Of a DNA stretch of 64,000 nt, positions 19,926 through 30,470 are shown piece by piece. The notes under the pieces are model-generated. The model did not search any database and had not been told where the DNA came from. It worked only from the letters and a program-made list of their open reading frames with translations. Position numbers and translations under genes: made by a program. The stretch is from an uncultured Chloroflexia bacterium (GTDB lineage: Bacteria > Chloroflexota > Limnocylindria > Limnocylindrales > CSP1-4): assembly GCA_963706695.1 (NCBI GenBank), contig CAVPNC010000005.1, forward strand, positions 20,369 through 84,368, written 5' to 3'. The number at the start of each line of letters is the position of its first letter. Position 1 is the stretch's first letter.

Positions 19926-20336
19926 TCATGCGCTGACCTCCGGGGCTTCGGCCGTGGACTCCCTGGCCTCGCGCTCGGCGAGCGCATGCTGCAGCGTGTC
20001 GAGCGAGAGCAGCGCGCACTTGAGCCGGGCCGGGCTGATCTCGATGCCCAGCAGGTCGAGGATGTCCTGGTTGGTCATGGCCTCGACCTCCGCTGCAGGA
20101 CGGCCCTTGATCTCATCGGTGAGCAGGCTGGCGCTGGCCTGGCTGATGGCGCAGCCGCGGCCGCTGAAGGCGACGTCGCTGACGGCGCCAGCGGCATCCA
20201 CCATGACCATCATGGTGATGCGGTCACCGCAGAGGGGGTTGTGCCCCTCGTAGCTGGCATCGGGCGCGTCGAGCGTGCCGAAGTTGTGCGGTTCGCGGTA
20301 GTGCTCGAGGATCTCGTCGCGGTACAGGTCGTCCAT
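19926..20336 (-). CDS. sufU: SUF-system Fe-S scaffold / sulfur acceptor SufU
   Basis: 136 aa. Contains LYRDEILEHYREPHNFG, NPLCGD, GRGCAIS and RLKCALL, the three conserved Cys positions of SufU/IscU-like proteins. Confidence 0.9.
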   Translation of the reverse strand: MDDLYRDEILEHYREPHNFGTLDAPDASYEGHNPLCGDRITMMVMVDAAGAVSDVAFSGRGCAISQASASLLTDEIKGRPAAEVEAMTNQDILDLLGIEISPARLKCALLSLDTLQHALAEREARESTAEAPEVSA

Positions 20337-20374
20337 TGGCTCGTGCAGGGTACTCGATTCGGGTGGGTGGCTCG

Positions 20375-21643
20375 TCAGGTGGGGCTGGCGGTGGCGGGCG
20401 CCCGGCCGAAGATGCGCTGCACGCCGCGCAGGCCGGCGGCGAGGCGATCGATATCCTCGGTCGTGCTGTAGACGCTGAAGGAGGCACGACCGGTGGCGGT
20501 CTCGCCCATGCGCTCGTGGAGCGGCTGCGTGCAGTGGTGACCGGCCCGGATGGCCACGGCTTCACGGTCGAGCAGCGTGGCCACGTCGTGGGCATGGGCC
20601 TCGGGCAGCGTGAAGTTGACGATGCCTGCGCGCTCGGCAGGATCGGCCGGCCCGTGGAGGCGGATGCCGGGCACCTCCCGCGGCAGGACCTCCAGGGCGT
20701 AGGCCGTGAGGGCCTCCTCGTGCGCGGCCACGTTCTCCATGCCCAACGCCGAGAGGTAGTCGACGGCAGCCCCGAGCCCCACCGCCGCGGACACGGCCGG
20801 CGTCCCCGCCTCGAACTTGTGCGGGATCTCGTTGTAGGTCGTGTGGCGCAGGTGGACGGAGCTGATCATGTCGCCACCGGTCATGAAGGGCGGCATCTGC
20901 TCCAGCAGCTCACGCCGCGCCCACAACGCGCCGGAGCCGGAGGGCCCCAGCATCTTGTGGCCGCTGAAGGCGTAGAAGTCAGCGCCGAGGTCCTGCACGT
21001 CGACGGGCAGGTGGGGCACGGCCTGGGCGCCATCCACGAGCACGAGGGCGCCGACAGCGTGTGCCTGGGCCACCATCGTCTTGACGTCGTTGAGCGTGCC
21101 CAGGGCATTGGACTTGTGGGTGAAGGCGACGAGCTTGGGCCTGGTCCGCAGCAGCACCTCCCAGCTCTCCATGATCAGCCGGCCGTGCGCGTCGAAGGGC
21201 ACGAACTCGAGGTCTGCATCCTTGGCCTGGGCCAGGACCTGCCAGGGCACGAGGTTGGAGTGGTGCTCCATCTCCGTGAGCACGATGGCGTCAGCGCGGT
21301 CGATGTTCACCCAGCCCCAGGTGTGGGCCACGAGGTTGATGGCCTCGGTGGCATTGCGCACGAAGATGAGCTCGCGCGGGTCGGGGGCGTTGATGAAGTC
21401 GGCGACCTTGACGCGGGCGCCCTCGTAGGCCGCGGTGGCCTCCTCGCCGATGGCGTAGATGGCGCGATGGACGTTGGCGCTGTAGGACTGGTCGTACGCG
21501 CTCACGGCCTCCGACACCACCCGCGGCTTGAGCGCGGTGGCAGCACTATCGAGATAGGCCAGCCGCCTGCCGTGGAACTCCCGCTCGAAGATGGGGAAGT
21601 CCCGTCGGATGGCTTGGGGGTCGAGAGGAGCGGGAGCGTTCAT
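20375..21643 (-). CDS. sufS: cysteine desulfurase, SufS type
   Basis: ATG 21643. Contains FSGHKMLGPSGSG (PLP Lys) and RAGHHCTQPL (active-site Cys loop). Confidence 0.9.
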   Translation of the reverse strand: MNAPAPLDPQAIRRDFPIFEREFHGRRLAYLDSAATALKPRVVSEAVSAYDQSYSANVHRAIYAIGEEATAAYEGARVKVADFINAPDPRELIFVRNATEAINLVAHTWGWVNIDRADAIVLTEMEHHSNLVPWQVLAQAKDADLEFVPFDAHGRLIMESWEVLLRTRPKLVAFTHKSNALGTLNDVKTMVAQAHAVGALVLVDGAQAVPHLPVDVQDLGADFYAFSGHKMLGPSGSGALWARRELLEQMPPFMTGGDMISSVHLRHTTYNEIPHKFEAGTPAVSAAVGLGAAVDYLSALGMENVAAHEEALTAYALEVLPREVPGIRLHGPADPAERAGIVNFTLPEAHAHDVATLLDREAVAIRAGHHCTQPLHERMGETATGRASFSVYSTTEDIDRLAAGLRGVQRIFGRAPATASPT

Positions 21644-21686
21644 GGGTGTCGCGTCAGCGTCCCCGGCCGGCCGGAGCCGATCGGCG

Positions 21687-22597
<911 letters not shown>

Positions 22598-22601
<4 letters not shown>

Positions 22602-23131
22602 GGCTGGGTGACTGGCTCCTTGGTGCTTCGATCGGCGAGCGGTTGGACGGCCACGAGGACCGGTTCGGAGTGGGCAGGATGGCCGGGCGTGGGTTCGGCC
22701 AGCTCTTCGAGGGTCATGGATCCGAGCGCCTCCACGATGGCGGCGCGGACGCGCTGCCACAGGCGCTCCACGTTGCAGAAGCCGGCACGCTGGCAGGACT
22801 CCGCGTGATGCGGATCGTCGCTGGCGCAGATCATCGGCGCGATGGGGCCTTCGAGGGCGGTGATGACCTCGATCATGGGCACGTCGGAGGGGGCGCGGGA
22901 CAGTTCGTAGCCGCCACGGGCACCGCGGGTGCTGGTGACGAGGCCGGCTCCGCGCAGGCTCACCACCAGCTGCTCCAGATACGGGCGTGGAAGCGACTCG
23001 TGGTCGGCCATCTCGCTGAGGCTGACGGGGCCGCTGCCATAGTGGCGCGCAAGCTCCACCATGAGGCGCACGCCATATTCCCCGCGCGTGGAGAAGTGAA
23101 GGGATCCCGAGGTCGGGACGGCGGTGCTCAC
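22598..23131 (-). CDS. Rrf2-family transcriptional regulator with a Cys cluster (IscR/SufR-like role)
   Basis: N-terminal wHTH (STRGEYGVRLMVELARHY...VSLSEMA). Three Cys in CASDDPHHAESCQRAGFC suit an Fe-S ligand set. Confidence 0.85.
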
Positions 23132-23200
23132 GGGTGGGTCTCGTTGATCTCCAGGGGTGCCGAGGCGACTGGGTTCGCTCCAGGAGCGTGCGCGCTCGGC

Positions 23201-23228
23201 AATTCCGACTGATTTCGTCAGGATTAAG
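23201..23228 (-). promoter_or_regulatory. putative Rrf2/IscR-type operator upstream of the Rrf2-suf operon
   Basis: The minus strand reads cttaatCCTGACgaaaTCAGTCGGaatt. This is an imperfect inverted repeat in a locally AT-rich patch, 70-97 nt upstream of the Rrf2 start. It matches 19 of 25 positions of the E. coli IscR type-1 consensus as I recall it (ATASYYGACTRWWWYAGTCRRSTAT). Confidence 0.4.
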
Positions 23229-23405
23229 TCTAGCCCTGCGGCGCAGGAGCGTCAACGACGAGGGCCGAGCGGGAGCGGTGTCTCCGGCACCCGGGCCTGC
23301 CTGGTCAGATGTCCACCCGGACCCCGCCGGCCGATGCCCACCGCTCGACCGTAGGCCACACCCATCTCACCGCAACGGCCGAGCCTGATGCGGCGGAGCG
23401 GCGCG

Positions 23406-23957
23406 TCAGGCCTGCTGGATGGGGGTCTGGCCCTGCTGCTGGGGCCGCTCGATGACCTTGATGTCGTGGCGCCGTCCGTGACTGCCGTCGATGACCGCCT
23501 TGAGCGAGACGCGCCCCTCGCCGGGGATGGCGATGGGGATGTTGAAGGCCATGGGCACGAGCATGTCCATGCCGGCCATGCCGGGGGGCCGGCCAGTCGC
23601 CAGCTTGGCCTCGAAGCCGATCATGCGCGTCTCGCCGTGGAGCAGCTCGATGGCCACCGTGTGCTGGTCATCGGTGTAGGCGAAGGGGATGCGCACGCCG
23701 ATCGCGATGCCCAGCATCATGCGATGCGGGAACTGCTGCGGCTGGATGCGGTCCCAGCTGCCGCCCATGAGGTAGAGCTTGCCGTTGACGACCTCGGCGC
23801 GGTCGGCGACGAGCAGGTAGTCGACCTCCGGGCCGCGGGTGAGTGCGCTCTCTGCCGCCTCCAGCGCGCCTTCGAGCTGATCGGGTGTGGCCGAATCGGC
23901 CGGGCCGTCGCTCGCAGCGCCCTCGTTCGCGTCGTTGTCGTTGATGGGGTCGGTCAC
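23406..23957 (-). CDS. hypothetical protein
   Basis: GTG 23957 overlaps the upstream stop (GTGA). 183 aa with an acidic N-terminus followed by a probable beta-rich body. No family recognised. Confidence 0.5.
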   Translation of the reverse strand: MTDPINDNDANEGAASDGPADSATPDQLEGALEAAESALTRGPEVDYLLVADRAEVVNGKLYLMGGSWDRIQPQQFPHRMMLGIAIGVRIPFAYTDDQHTVAIELLHGETRMIGFEAKLATGRPPGMAGMDMLVPMAFNIPIAIPGEGRVSLKAVIDGSHGRRHDIKVIERPQQQGQTPIQQA

Positions 23958-24826
23958 AGTCGTGGGTCGTCCTCTCCGAGTGAGAAGGGTGGGTAGCGGT
24001 CGACCATCAGGAACAGGTACGCGGTGACGCGCAGCTGCCATCGGTAGAGGCCGCCGATAAAGGTATAGACGAGGTCCGCCTGACGCCCATAGATGAGCAC
24101 GGGCACCCACACGAAGAGCATCACGAACCACGCGATGATGCCCAGGAGCCAGAGCATGATGATGTGCGGGATGAGCACCAGCGCGCGGACCGCGTAGCCG
24201 ACGAGGGGGATGCCCCAGAGGCGGTTGATGCGCACGCCTTCATCGAAGCGGACGGTGATGGGGTAGTCCTCGCTGTGCAGGGCGAAGGGTGGGTAGGTCG
24301 AGGTCATGAGCATGGCGTACGCCTGCACACGCTGGCTGTAGGCCAGCAGGCCGCCGGTCCAGCGATAGCCCCAGCCGGGGAAGCGACCCAGGATGAGCAC
24401 GGGGATCCACGCCACCAGCAGCTGGATGGCTGCCACGATGGCCAGCAGGAACATCACCAGGAAATGCGGGATGAGCAGGACCCAGCGCACCAGCTGGCCG
24501 ATGAAGGGGATGCCCCACAGGCGGTTGATGGGCGCCTCGCGGTCATATGAGACGTTGACCGGGTAGGCGTCCGGCGCCAGGGGATAGGCCGGCGGAGGCT
24601 GCCACATGGGCTGCGGCTGACCCCACGCGCCACCGGGGCCTGGAGGCGGTGGTGGTGGCGGCTGACCCCACGGATCGCCGGGCGGAGGTGGGGCATAGCC
24701 CGGGGGCGGCTGCTGGCCCTGCGGCGGATAGCCGGGCGGCGGCACCTGCCCAGCAGGCGGAGGCGGCTGGGCACCGGGCGCATATGGATCGGGCGGCGCG
24801 CCGGAACCCTGGGGATCCCACGTCAT
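23954..24826 (-). CDS. DUF4389-like membrane protein, internally duplicated, with a Pro-rich N-terminus
   Basis: Two copies of the module ...INRLWGIP(F/L)(I/V)G..VR.(V/L)LLIPH(F/I)...(W/V)IPVLI.GR...Y.....L.Y..RV.AY..L....YPPF. About 90-aa PPG/PPP-rich head. Confidence 0.7.
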   Translation of the reverse strand: MTWDPQGSGAPPDPYAPGAQPPPPAGQVPPPGYPPQGQQPPPGYAPPPPGDPWGQPPPPPPPGPGGAWGQPQPMWQPPPAYPLAPDAYPVNVSYDREAPINRLWGIPFIGQLVRWVLLIPHFLVMFLLAIVAAIQLLVAWIPVLILGRFPGWGYRWTGGLLAYSQRVQAYAMLMTSTYPPFALHSEDYPITVRFDEGVRINRLWGIPLVGYAVRALVLIPHIIMLWLLGIIAWFVMLFVWVPVLIYGRQADLVYTFIGGLYRWQLRVTAYLFLMVDRYPPFSLGEDDPRL

Positions 24827-24913
24827 GTCACAACCTCATCGATGGTTGACAGGCGCTCGTAGCGTACACGGACGGGGGCCGCGAGGCATCGGTACGAACG
24901 GCCCGATGTGGGC

Positions 24914-26149
24914 CTAGAGGCCGAAACGCCCCACCGCCTCACCCGCCAGCACGCGGCCGATGGCCAGCGACGAAGTCGCCGCCGGCGAGGGCGCATTGAA
25001 GACGTGGAGCACCCGCTCCGAGCCGCCGAGCTGGAAGTCGTCGACCATCGAACCATCCGCGCTGAGGGCCTGCGCACGGATGCCGGACGGCCCGAAGACC
25101 AGATGGTCGCCGCTGAGCGCAGGCACGAACTTGCGCAGGTCGGCCAGGAATGCGCCCTTGTACCAGTCACGCCACATCTCGAGGGCACCCATCCTCCAGA
25201 ACTGGCGCGCCAGCTTGCGGAACCCGGGGTAGGTGATGGTGTCCCGGAGGTCACGGACGGAGACGTCGAAGCGGCCGTAGCCCTCGCGCGCGGTGGCCAG
25301 GACCGCGTTGGGACCGGCCAGCACGCCGCCGTCGATGCGCTTGGTGAGGTGCACCCCCAGGAACGGGAACTGCGGGTCCGGCACGGGGTAGATGAGGCCC
25401 TTGACCAGGTGCTGGGCCTCGGGCTTGAGGGTGTAGTAGTCGCCTCGGAAGGGCACGATGCGTGGCCGCCCCTCGTCATCGCCGGTCATGGCCGCGACAC
25501 GATCGGCCTGGAGCCCGGCGCAGGCGATGATGCGGCGGGCCACGAGGTCACCGCGGGAGGTCCCGATGACCATGTCCTCGCCACGTCGCTCGATCGACTC
25601 GACCGCCCGGCTGGTCTCGATGGTCGCGCCACGCTCCGTGACATCTCGCGCGAACGCCTGCGCCACCGCCAGGTAGTCGACGATGCCCGTGCCCGGGCTC
25701 CACAGCGCACGCAGCCCCACCGCGTGCGGCTCGATCTCGCGGATGCGCTCGGGCCCGACCTCCTCCAGGCCCGGGACCTCGTTGGCGGTCGCCCGCTCCT
25801 TGAGCGCGTCGAGGCGACCCAGCTCCGACTCGTCGAGGGCGATGACCAGCTTGCCCGTGTGCTCGACCGGCACGTCGTGGGCCTCGCAGTAGGCCTCCAG
25901 GTCCGCCTTGCCCTCACGGCACAGCCGCGCCTTGAGCGAGCCGGGCTGGTAGTAGAGGCCAGCGTGCAGGACGCCGCTGTTGTGGCCCGTCTGGTGCGAC
26001 GCGACCACGGACTCCTTCTCGAGCAGCACCACGCGCAGCCCGGGCCGCTGCTCGAGCAGGCGCAGGGCCGTGGCCAGACCCACGATGCCGGCGCCGATGA
26101 TGGCGACATCAGCGCGATCCACCGTCGTGTCGATCACATCCCGCTCCAC
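24914..26149 (-). CDS. lhgO: L-2-hydroxyglutarate oxidase/dehydrogenase-like FAD oxidoreductase
   Basis: FAD fold DVAIIGAGIVGLA, followed by HQTGHNSGVLHAGLYYQPGSLKA, characteristic of LhgO/YgaF. Confidence 0.85.
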   Translation of the reverse strand: MERDVIDTTVDRADVAIIGAGIVGLATALRLLEQRPGLRVVLLEKESVVASHQTGHNSGVLHAGLYYQPGSLKARLCREGKADLEAYCEAHDVPVEHTGKLVIALDESELGRLDALKERATANEVPGLEEVGPERIREIEPHAVGLRALWSPGTGIVDYLAVAQAFARDVTERGATIETSRAVESIERRGEDMVIGTSRGDLVARRIIACAGLQADRVAAMTGDDEGRPRIVPFRGDYYTLKPEAQHLVKGLIYPVPDPQFPFLGVHLTKRIDGGVLAGPNAVLATAREGYGRFDVSVRDLRDTITYPGFRKLARQFWRMGALEMWRDWYKGAFLADLRKFVPALSGDHLVFGPSGIRAQALSADGSMVDDFQLGGSERVLHVFNAPSPAATSSLAIGRVLAGEAVGRFGL

Positions 26150-27015
26150 TCGCGCACCGCCCGTGCCAGGGCCGAGTTGTCGTCGTCACCGTGTCCGCGA
26201 GCCACGAGGCCAGCTTCGATCTGCGAGGCCATGGCCGCGATGGGCAGGGCCGCACCCACGCTCCGAGCCTGCTCGAGCGCGATGGTCAGGTCCTTGAGAT
26301 GGAGCGCGATGCGAAAGCCCAGGGGATAGTCGTCGTCGATCATCCGCTCGGCGCGGTTCTGCAGCACCCACGAGCCGGCCGCACCGCCGCTGAGGGCTTC
26401 CGCCACCAGCTTCGCATCGAGGCCCGACTTCATGGCCAGGACCATGCCCTCTGCGACGCCCAGATAGACGCCCGAGAGGATGACCTGGTTGACGGCCTTG
26501 GTCGTCTGGCCCGAGCCGACCGGACCCATGTGGGTGATGGTCGAACCCATGGCCGCGAGCACCGGCCGGGCACGCTCGACGTCGACCTCCGAGCCGCCGA
26601 CCATGATCGTGAGCGTGCCCTTGAGCGCTCCCTCCGAACCGCCAGAGACGGGGGCGTCCACGTAGCCCACACCCGACGCGGCCAGACGCTCGGCGAAGGC
26701 GCGGGTCGCGCCCGGCGCGATGGTCGAGCAGTCGATGACGAGCGAGCCGCTGACCAGCCCGGCGGTCAGCCCGCCCTCGCCGAAGAGCACGGCTTCCACG
26801 TCAGGCGTGTCGGAGACACACAGCACCACGACCTCGCTCGCGCTGGCCACGGCCGCGGGGCTCAGGCCCTCCACGGCACCCGCCGCCACAGCGGCCCCGG
26901 CTCGGCCCGGGGTGCGGTTCCAGACCGTCAGCGGGAATCCCGCCCGAGCGACGTTGGCGGCCATGCCTGAGCCCATCGTGCCCAGTCCACAGAAGCCCAC
27001 GCGAGTGTCAGCCAC
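26134..27015 (-). CDS. NAD(P)-dependent 3-hydroxyisobutyrate / tartronate semialdehyde reductase family dehydrogenase
   Basis: VGFCGLGTMGSGMA Rossmann loop, DAPVSGG and GSGQTTKAVNQ motifs. 16-nt overlap with lhgO. Confidence 0.85.
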   Translation of the reverse strand: MADTRVGFCGLGTMGSGMAANVARAGFPLTVWNRTPGRAGAAVAAGAVEGLSPAAVASASEVVVLCVSDTPDVEAVLFGEGGLTAGLVSGSLVIDCSTIAPGATRAFAERLAASGVGYVDAPVSGGSEGALKGTLTIMVGGSEVDVERARPVLAAMGSTITHMGPVGSGQTTKAVNQVILSGVYLGVAEGMVLAMKSGLDAKLVAEALSGGAAGSWVLQNRAERMIDDDYPLGFRIALHLKDLTIALEQARSVGAALPIAAMASQIEAGLVARGHGDDDNSALARAVREWSGM

Positions 27016-27112
27016 GGCCCTCCCCTTTCGATTCGACGAGAGCCCCGCCGTTCACCGACGAGGCCCTCTGGTGCTGCGAGTCCGGACGGTCGAGACCGTC
27101 GATCACCCTCGA

Positions 27113-27901
27113 TCAGCGGCTGCTGCCGAAGATGCGGAGCATGAACAGGAACAGGTTGATGAAGTCCAGGTACAGCATCAGCGCACCCATGACCGTGGCC
27201 GAATCCTTGTTGATGTTGGGCATGGCGCCATTCTTCAGACGCTGCACGTCCCAGGCCGTCAGGCCCGTGAAGATGAGCACGCCGACGACGCCGATGGCCA
27301 GGTTCATGAGGCTGCTCTCGGCGAAGAAGAAGAGCTGCACGACCATGACCACGATGAGCCCGATGAGGCCCATGAAGAGGATGCCGCCGAGGCTGGTCAG
27401 GTCACGCTTGGTGGCGTAGCCGTAGAGCGCCGCACCGCCGAAGATGGCCGCTGCTCCGAGGAACGCGGAGACCACGCCGCTCATACCGCTCGCGGAGATG
27501 TTGCCGGGAGCAGTGGGGTCGTAGGTGAAGTTGAAGACGATCACGCCGATCACCAGGCCCATGAGCAGGGCATAGGCGAAGAACAGGCCCAGGGCCACGA
27601 CGGAGGAGATGCGGTTGATGAGGAAGGTGATGCCCAGGACCAGCCCGAACTGGCCGATGAGCAGGAAGAGCCAGTAGTCGGTGACGGTCTCGAGCAGGGT
27701 CGGGCTGTTCATCACGAACACGGCCGAGATGGCCGAGAGCAGCACGCCCACGAACATCCACACGAAGCTCCCGGTCAGGAAGCCTTCACGTGGCGCACTG
27801 GACTCGATGACGCCGCCCATCGTCCGGACGGTCTTGTCTCGCTCTGACGTGGCCGCCGGAGCCTGGCTCCGGCTGTAGGGATCGTTATCGCGTGATTGCA
27901 C
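27113..27901 (-). CDS. Bax inhibitor-1/YccA family membrane protein
   Basis: Seven-TM profile. C-terminal signature GALMLYLDFINLFLFMLRIFG. Confidence 0.85.
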   Translation of the reverse strand: MQSRDNDPYSRSQAPAATSERDKTVRTMGGVIESSAPREGFLTGSFVWMFVGVLLSAISAVFVMNSPTLLETVTDYWLFLLIGQFGLVLGITFLINRISSVVALGLFFAYALLMGLVIGVIVFNFTYDPTAPGNISASGMSGVVSAFLGAAAIFGGAALYGYATKRDLTSLGGILFMGLIGLIVVMVVQLFFFAESSLMNLAIGVVGVLIFTGLTAWDVQRLKNGAMPNINKDSATVMGALMLYLDFINLFLFMLRIFGSSR

Positions 27902-27988
27902 GAGGGTGTGGTCCTTTCAACGGGGCCCACGAACGGGCCGACACGAACGTCAATTCTAGCGAGCGGTCGCGAATCGGCTGCGGTCGGG

Positions 27989-28606
27989 CTAGGTGCGGAC
28001 CGTGACCGTGCCGCCCGGGCCGGCTTGCTCCACCAGACGAGCGTAGACCCAGAGCAGGTCAGCGAGGCGATTCAGCCAGGGCACCAGCCAGGCGCCCGGC
28101 ACCTGTCCCTCCCGCTCGAGCGAGATCACCCGTCGCTCGGCGCGACGAGCGACAGCGCGTGCCAGCTCGAGGGCGGCTGACAGACGATCGGCACCTGGCA
28201 CGGTGAACTCGCGCGGCATCTCCACGCTGCCTTCCGCCTTGGCCAGCAGCTCCTCCACGAACTGGAGCATGGGCTCGTCGACGCGTGTCTGCCCGTCCAC
28301 GAGGCGGTCCCAGGCGTCAGGGTTGGCGGCCAGCTCCGCGCCGGCGACGAACAGATCGCGCTGCAGGCGCAGCAGCGTTGGACCCAGCTCCACGAGCGCG
28401 TCCGGCAGCTCGCCGCTGGCGCTGAGCACGCCGATCTCGGCACGGGCCAGGCCCAGGCAGGCGACGGCCTCATCGATCGTGCCGTAGGCCTCCGTGCGCG
28501 CGTCGTCCTTGGCGACCCGCCCACCGAACAGCAGCCCGGTGGTGCCGTCGTCGCCCTTGCCCGTGGCGACGACGCTGTGGCGGATGGCCTCGCGTCGGGC
28601 TACCAG
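27989..28606 (-). CDS. ATP:cob(I)alamin adenosyltransferase, PduO type (start codon non-canonical or damaged)
   Basis: The conserved N-terminal motif TGKGDDGTTGLLFGGRVAKDDARTEAYGTIDEA is in frame upstream of the first ATG/GTG/TTG (28429). The only candidate starts are CTG 28606 (overlapping the sufT stop) and ATC 28585. Confidence 0.7.
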   Translation of the reverse strand: MVARREAIRHSVVATGKGDDGTTGLLFGGRVAKDDARTEAYGTIDEAVACLGLARAEIGVLSASGELPDALVELGPTLLRLQRDLFVAGAELAANPDAWDRLVDGQTRVDEPMLQFVEELLAKAEGSVEMPREFTVPGADRLSAALELARAVARRAERRVISLEREGQVPGAWLVPWLNRLADLLWVYARLVEQAGPGGTVTVRT

Positions 28607-28959
28607 GTCAGGCCTGCGTCGCGCGGGTCCCAGCGCTCGGCCAGGAGGGTGACCTTGACCTCGTGTCCTTCGGCCTCCTCAGCCGCTTCCTTGACCTGCT
28701 GGATCATGGAGCCGGCGTAGGGGCAGAAGGGCGTGGTCAGGATCATCTTGATCTCGGTCAGCTCCTCGCCCAGGATGACCTGCTTGATGAGCGCCAGCTC
28801 GACCACGTTCATGCCGATCTCGGGGTCGACCACGGAGCGCAGGGCGTCCAGCACGGCCAGCTCGCGGGAACGCTGGACCGGGTCGAACGCGGGCGTCTCG
28901 TCGTCGGAGGGAACGATGGTCGGGCCAACGGCGTCGTTGGTGATGGTGGGATCAGACAT
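28600..28959 (-). CDS. sufT: DUF59/SufT-like Fe-S assembly protein
   Basis: ATG 28959. 119 aa with LRSVVDPEIGMNVVELALI...TTPFCPYAG. Confidence 0.8.
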   Translation of the reverse strand: MSDPTITNDAVGPTIVPSDDETPAFDPVQRSRELAVLDALRSVVDPEIGMNVVELALIKQVILGEELTEIKMILTTPFCPYAGSMIQQVKEAAEEAEGHEVKVTLLAERWDPRDAGLTW

Positions 28960-29014
28960 GGTCCTGTCATCGTACACCGCACTCCTGCACATACCCGCCG
29001 GGGCACTCGAGTGC

Positions 29015-30160
29015 TCAGTCGCCGAGCGCGGTCCCGATGCTGCGAGCGGTCTTGATCCAGGGATGATCGAGGGGCACCGACTTGCGCTTGCCCACGATGT
29101 CCTTGAGGGGCACCGGCACGGCCGCGTCGCCACGTGCGGCCACCATGACCCCGAACCGACCCTCGTTGATGACCTCCACGGTGGCCGCACCCAGGCGGGT
29201 GGCTAGCAGCCGATCGGCCGCGGAGGGCGTACCGCCGCGCTGCAGGTGACCCAGGATGGTCACGCGCGACTCAAGGTTGGTGCGCTGCTCCAGCTCCTCC
29301 GAGAGGGCCAGGGTGTCGGATCCGAGGTGTCCGTGGATGGCATCGATGCGGGCGCGAGCGGCTGCGATCTCCTGGTCGCTGCCTGCTCCCGACTTCCTCG
29401 CCTTCTTGGCCTTCGCCAGCTCCGCCTCCGCCACCTCCAGGGCATCGGCCCGCTCGCGTGGCACGGCGCCCTCGGACACGGCCACGATGCTGAACGAGGC
29501 ACCTCGGCGGTGGCGTTGGCGGATGGCCTCGGCGACGGCGTCGATGTCGTAGGGGATCTCCGGGATGAGGATGACGTCAGCGCCCCCGGCCACGCCGGCA
29601 CCGAGCGCCAGCCAACCGGCGTTGTGGCCCATGACCTCGACCACGATGATGCGATGGTGGCTGTGGGCCGTGCTGTGCAGCCGGTCGATGGCCTCGGTGG
29701 CGATGCCCAGGGCCGTGTCGAAGCCGAACGTCATGTCGGTGCCGTAGACGTCGTTGTCGATGGTCTTGGGCAGGGTCACCACGTTGAGGCCCTTTCGCGA
29801 CAGGCGGAAGGCGTTCTTCTGGGTGCCGCCACCGCCAAGGCAGACGAGCGCGTCAAGGTGATGGTTCTGGTAGTTCTCGACGATGACCTCGGTCATGTCC
29901 AGGGTCTGGCCGCCGACGAGCATGCGGTGGGGCTTGTCGCGGCTGGTGCCGAGGATGGTGCCACCGATGGTGAGGATGCCGGAGAGCGAGGACTTGTCGA
30001 GATCGATGCCGCGGTTCTCCATCAGCCCACGGAAGCCGTCACGGAAGCCGACCACCCGCATGTCGTAGGCGCCGATGGCGGTCTTGCCCACACCGCGGAT
30101 GGCGGCGTTGAGCCCGGGGCTGTCGCCGCCGGCGGTGAGGATCCCGATGGTCTTGCTCAT
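29015..30160 (-). CDS. pfkA: 6-phosphofructokinase (PfkA family; ATP versus PPi specificity not resolved)
   Basis: [45 protein letters not shown] and LGHLQRGG motifs. ATG 30160 is preferred over GTG 30169. Confidence 0.9.
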   Translation of the reverse strand: MSKTIGILTAGGDSPGLNAAIRGVGKTAIGAYDMRVVGFRDGFRGLMENRGIDLDKSSLSGILTIGGTILGTSRDKPHRMLVGGQTLDMTEVIVENYQNHHLDALVCLGGGGTQKNAFRLSRKGLNVVTLPKTIDNDVYGTDMTFGFDTALGIATEAIDRLHSTAHSHHRIIVVEVMGHNAGWLALGAGVAGGADVILIPEIPYDIDAVAEAIRQRHRRGASFSIVAVSEGAVPRERADALEVAEAELAKAKKARKSGAGSDQEIAAARARIDAIHGHLGSDTLALSEELEQRTNLESRVTILGHLQRGGTPSAADRLLATRLGAATVEVINEGRFGVMVAARGDAAVPVPLKDIVGKRKSVPLDHPWIKTARSIGTALGD

Positions 30161-30179
30161 GGGCCTCACGTCCTCTGCG

Positions 30180-30470
30180 CTAGCGCAGGTGTTGGGGCAG
30201 CGTCCGGGCCATCTCCGGGTCGAAGCCGGGACCCTTCAGGGAGCCGTCGGCCTCGAAGAAGTCCTCGTATCGATCGCGATGGTCGACGGCGAAGCGGAAG
30301 GCCTCGGCGATGCCCACGCGCTTGAGCTCGGGATGCTGGCTCAGCATCTCGGCGGGCGAAAGCCCGTTGCTGCGCATCTCCAGCAGGTTGCGCACGGTCA
30401 GGCGCGTGCCGTAGCAGAACGGCTCGCCGTTCATCACCAACGGGTCCGAGCTGACCCACTTGATGGTCAT
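30180..30470 (-). CDS. DUF433-domain protein (antitoxin-like small HTH protein)
   Basis: 96 aa. [48 protein letters not shown] matches the DUF433 pattern. Its ATG overlaps the upstream stop (ATGA). Confidence 0.75.
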   Translation of the reverse strand: MTIKWVSSDPLVMNGEPFCYGTRLTVRNLLEMRSNGLSPAEMLSQHPELKRVGIAEAFRFAVDHRDRYEDFFEADGSLKGPGFDPEMARTLPQHLR

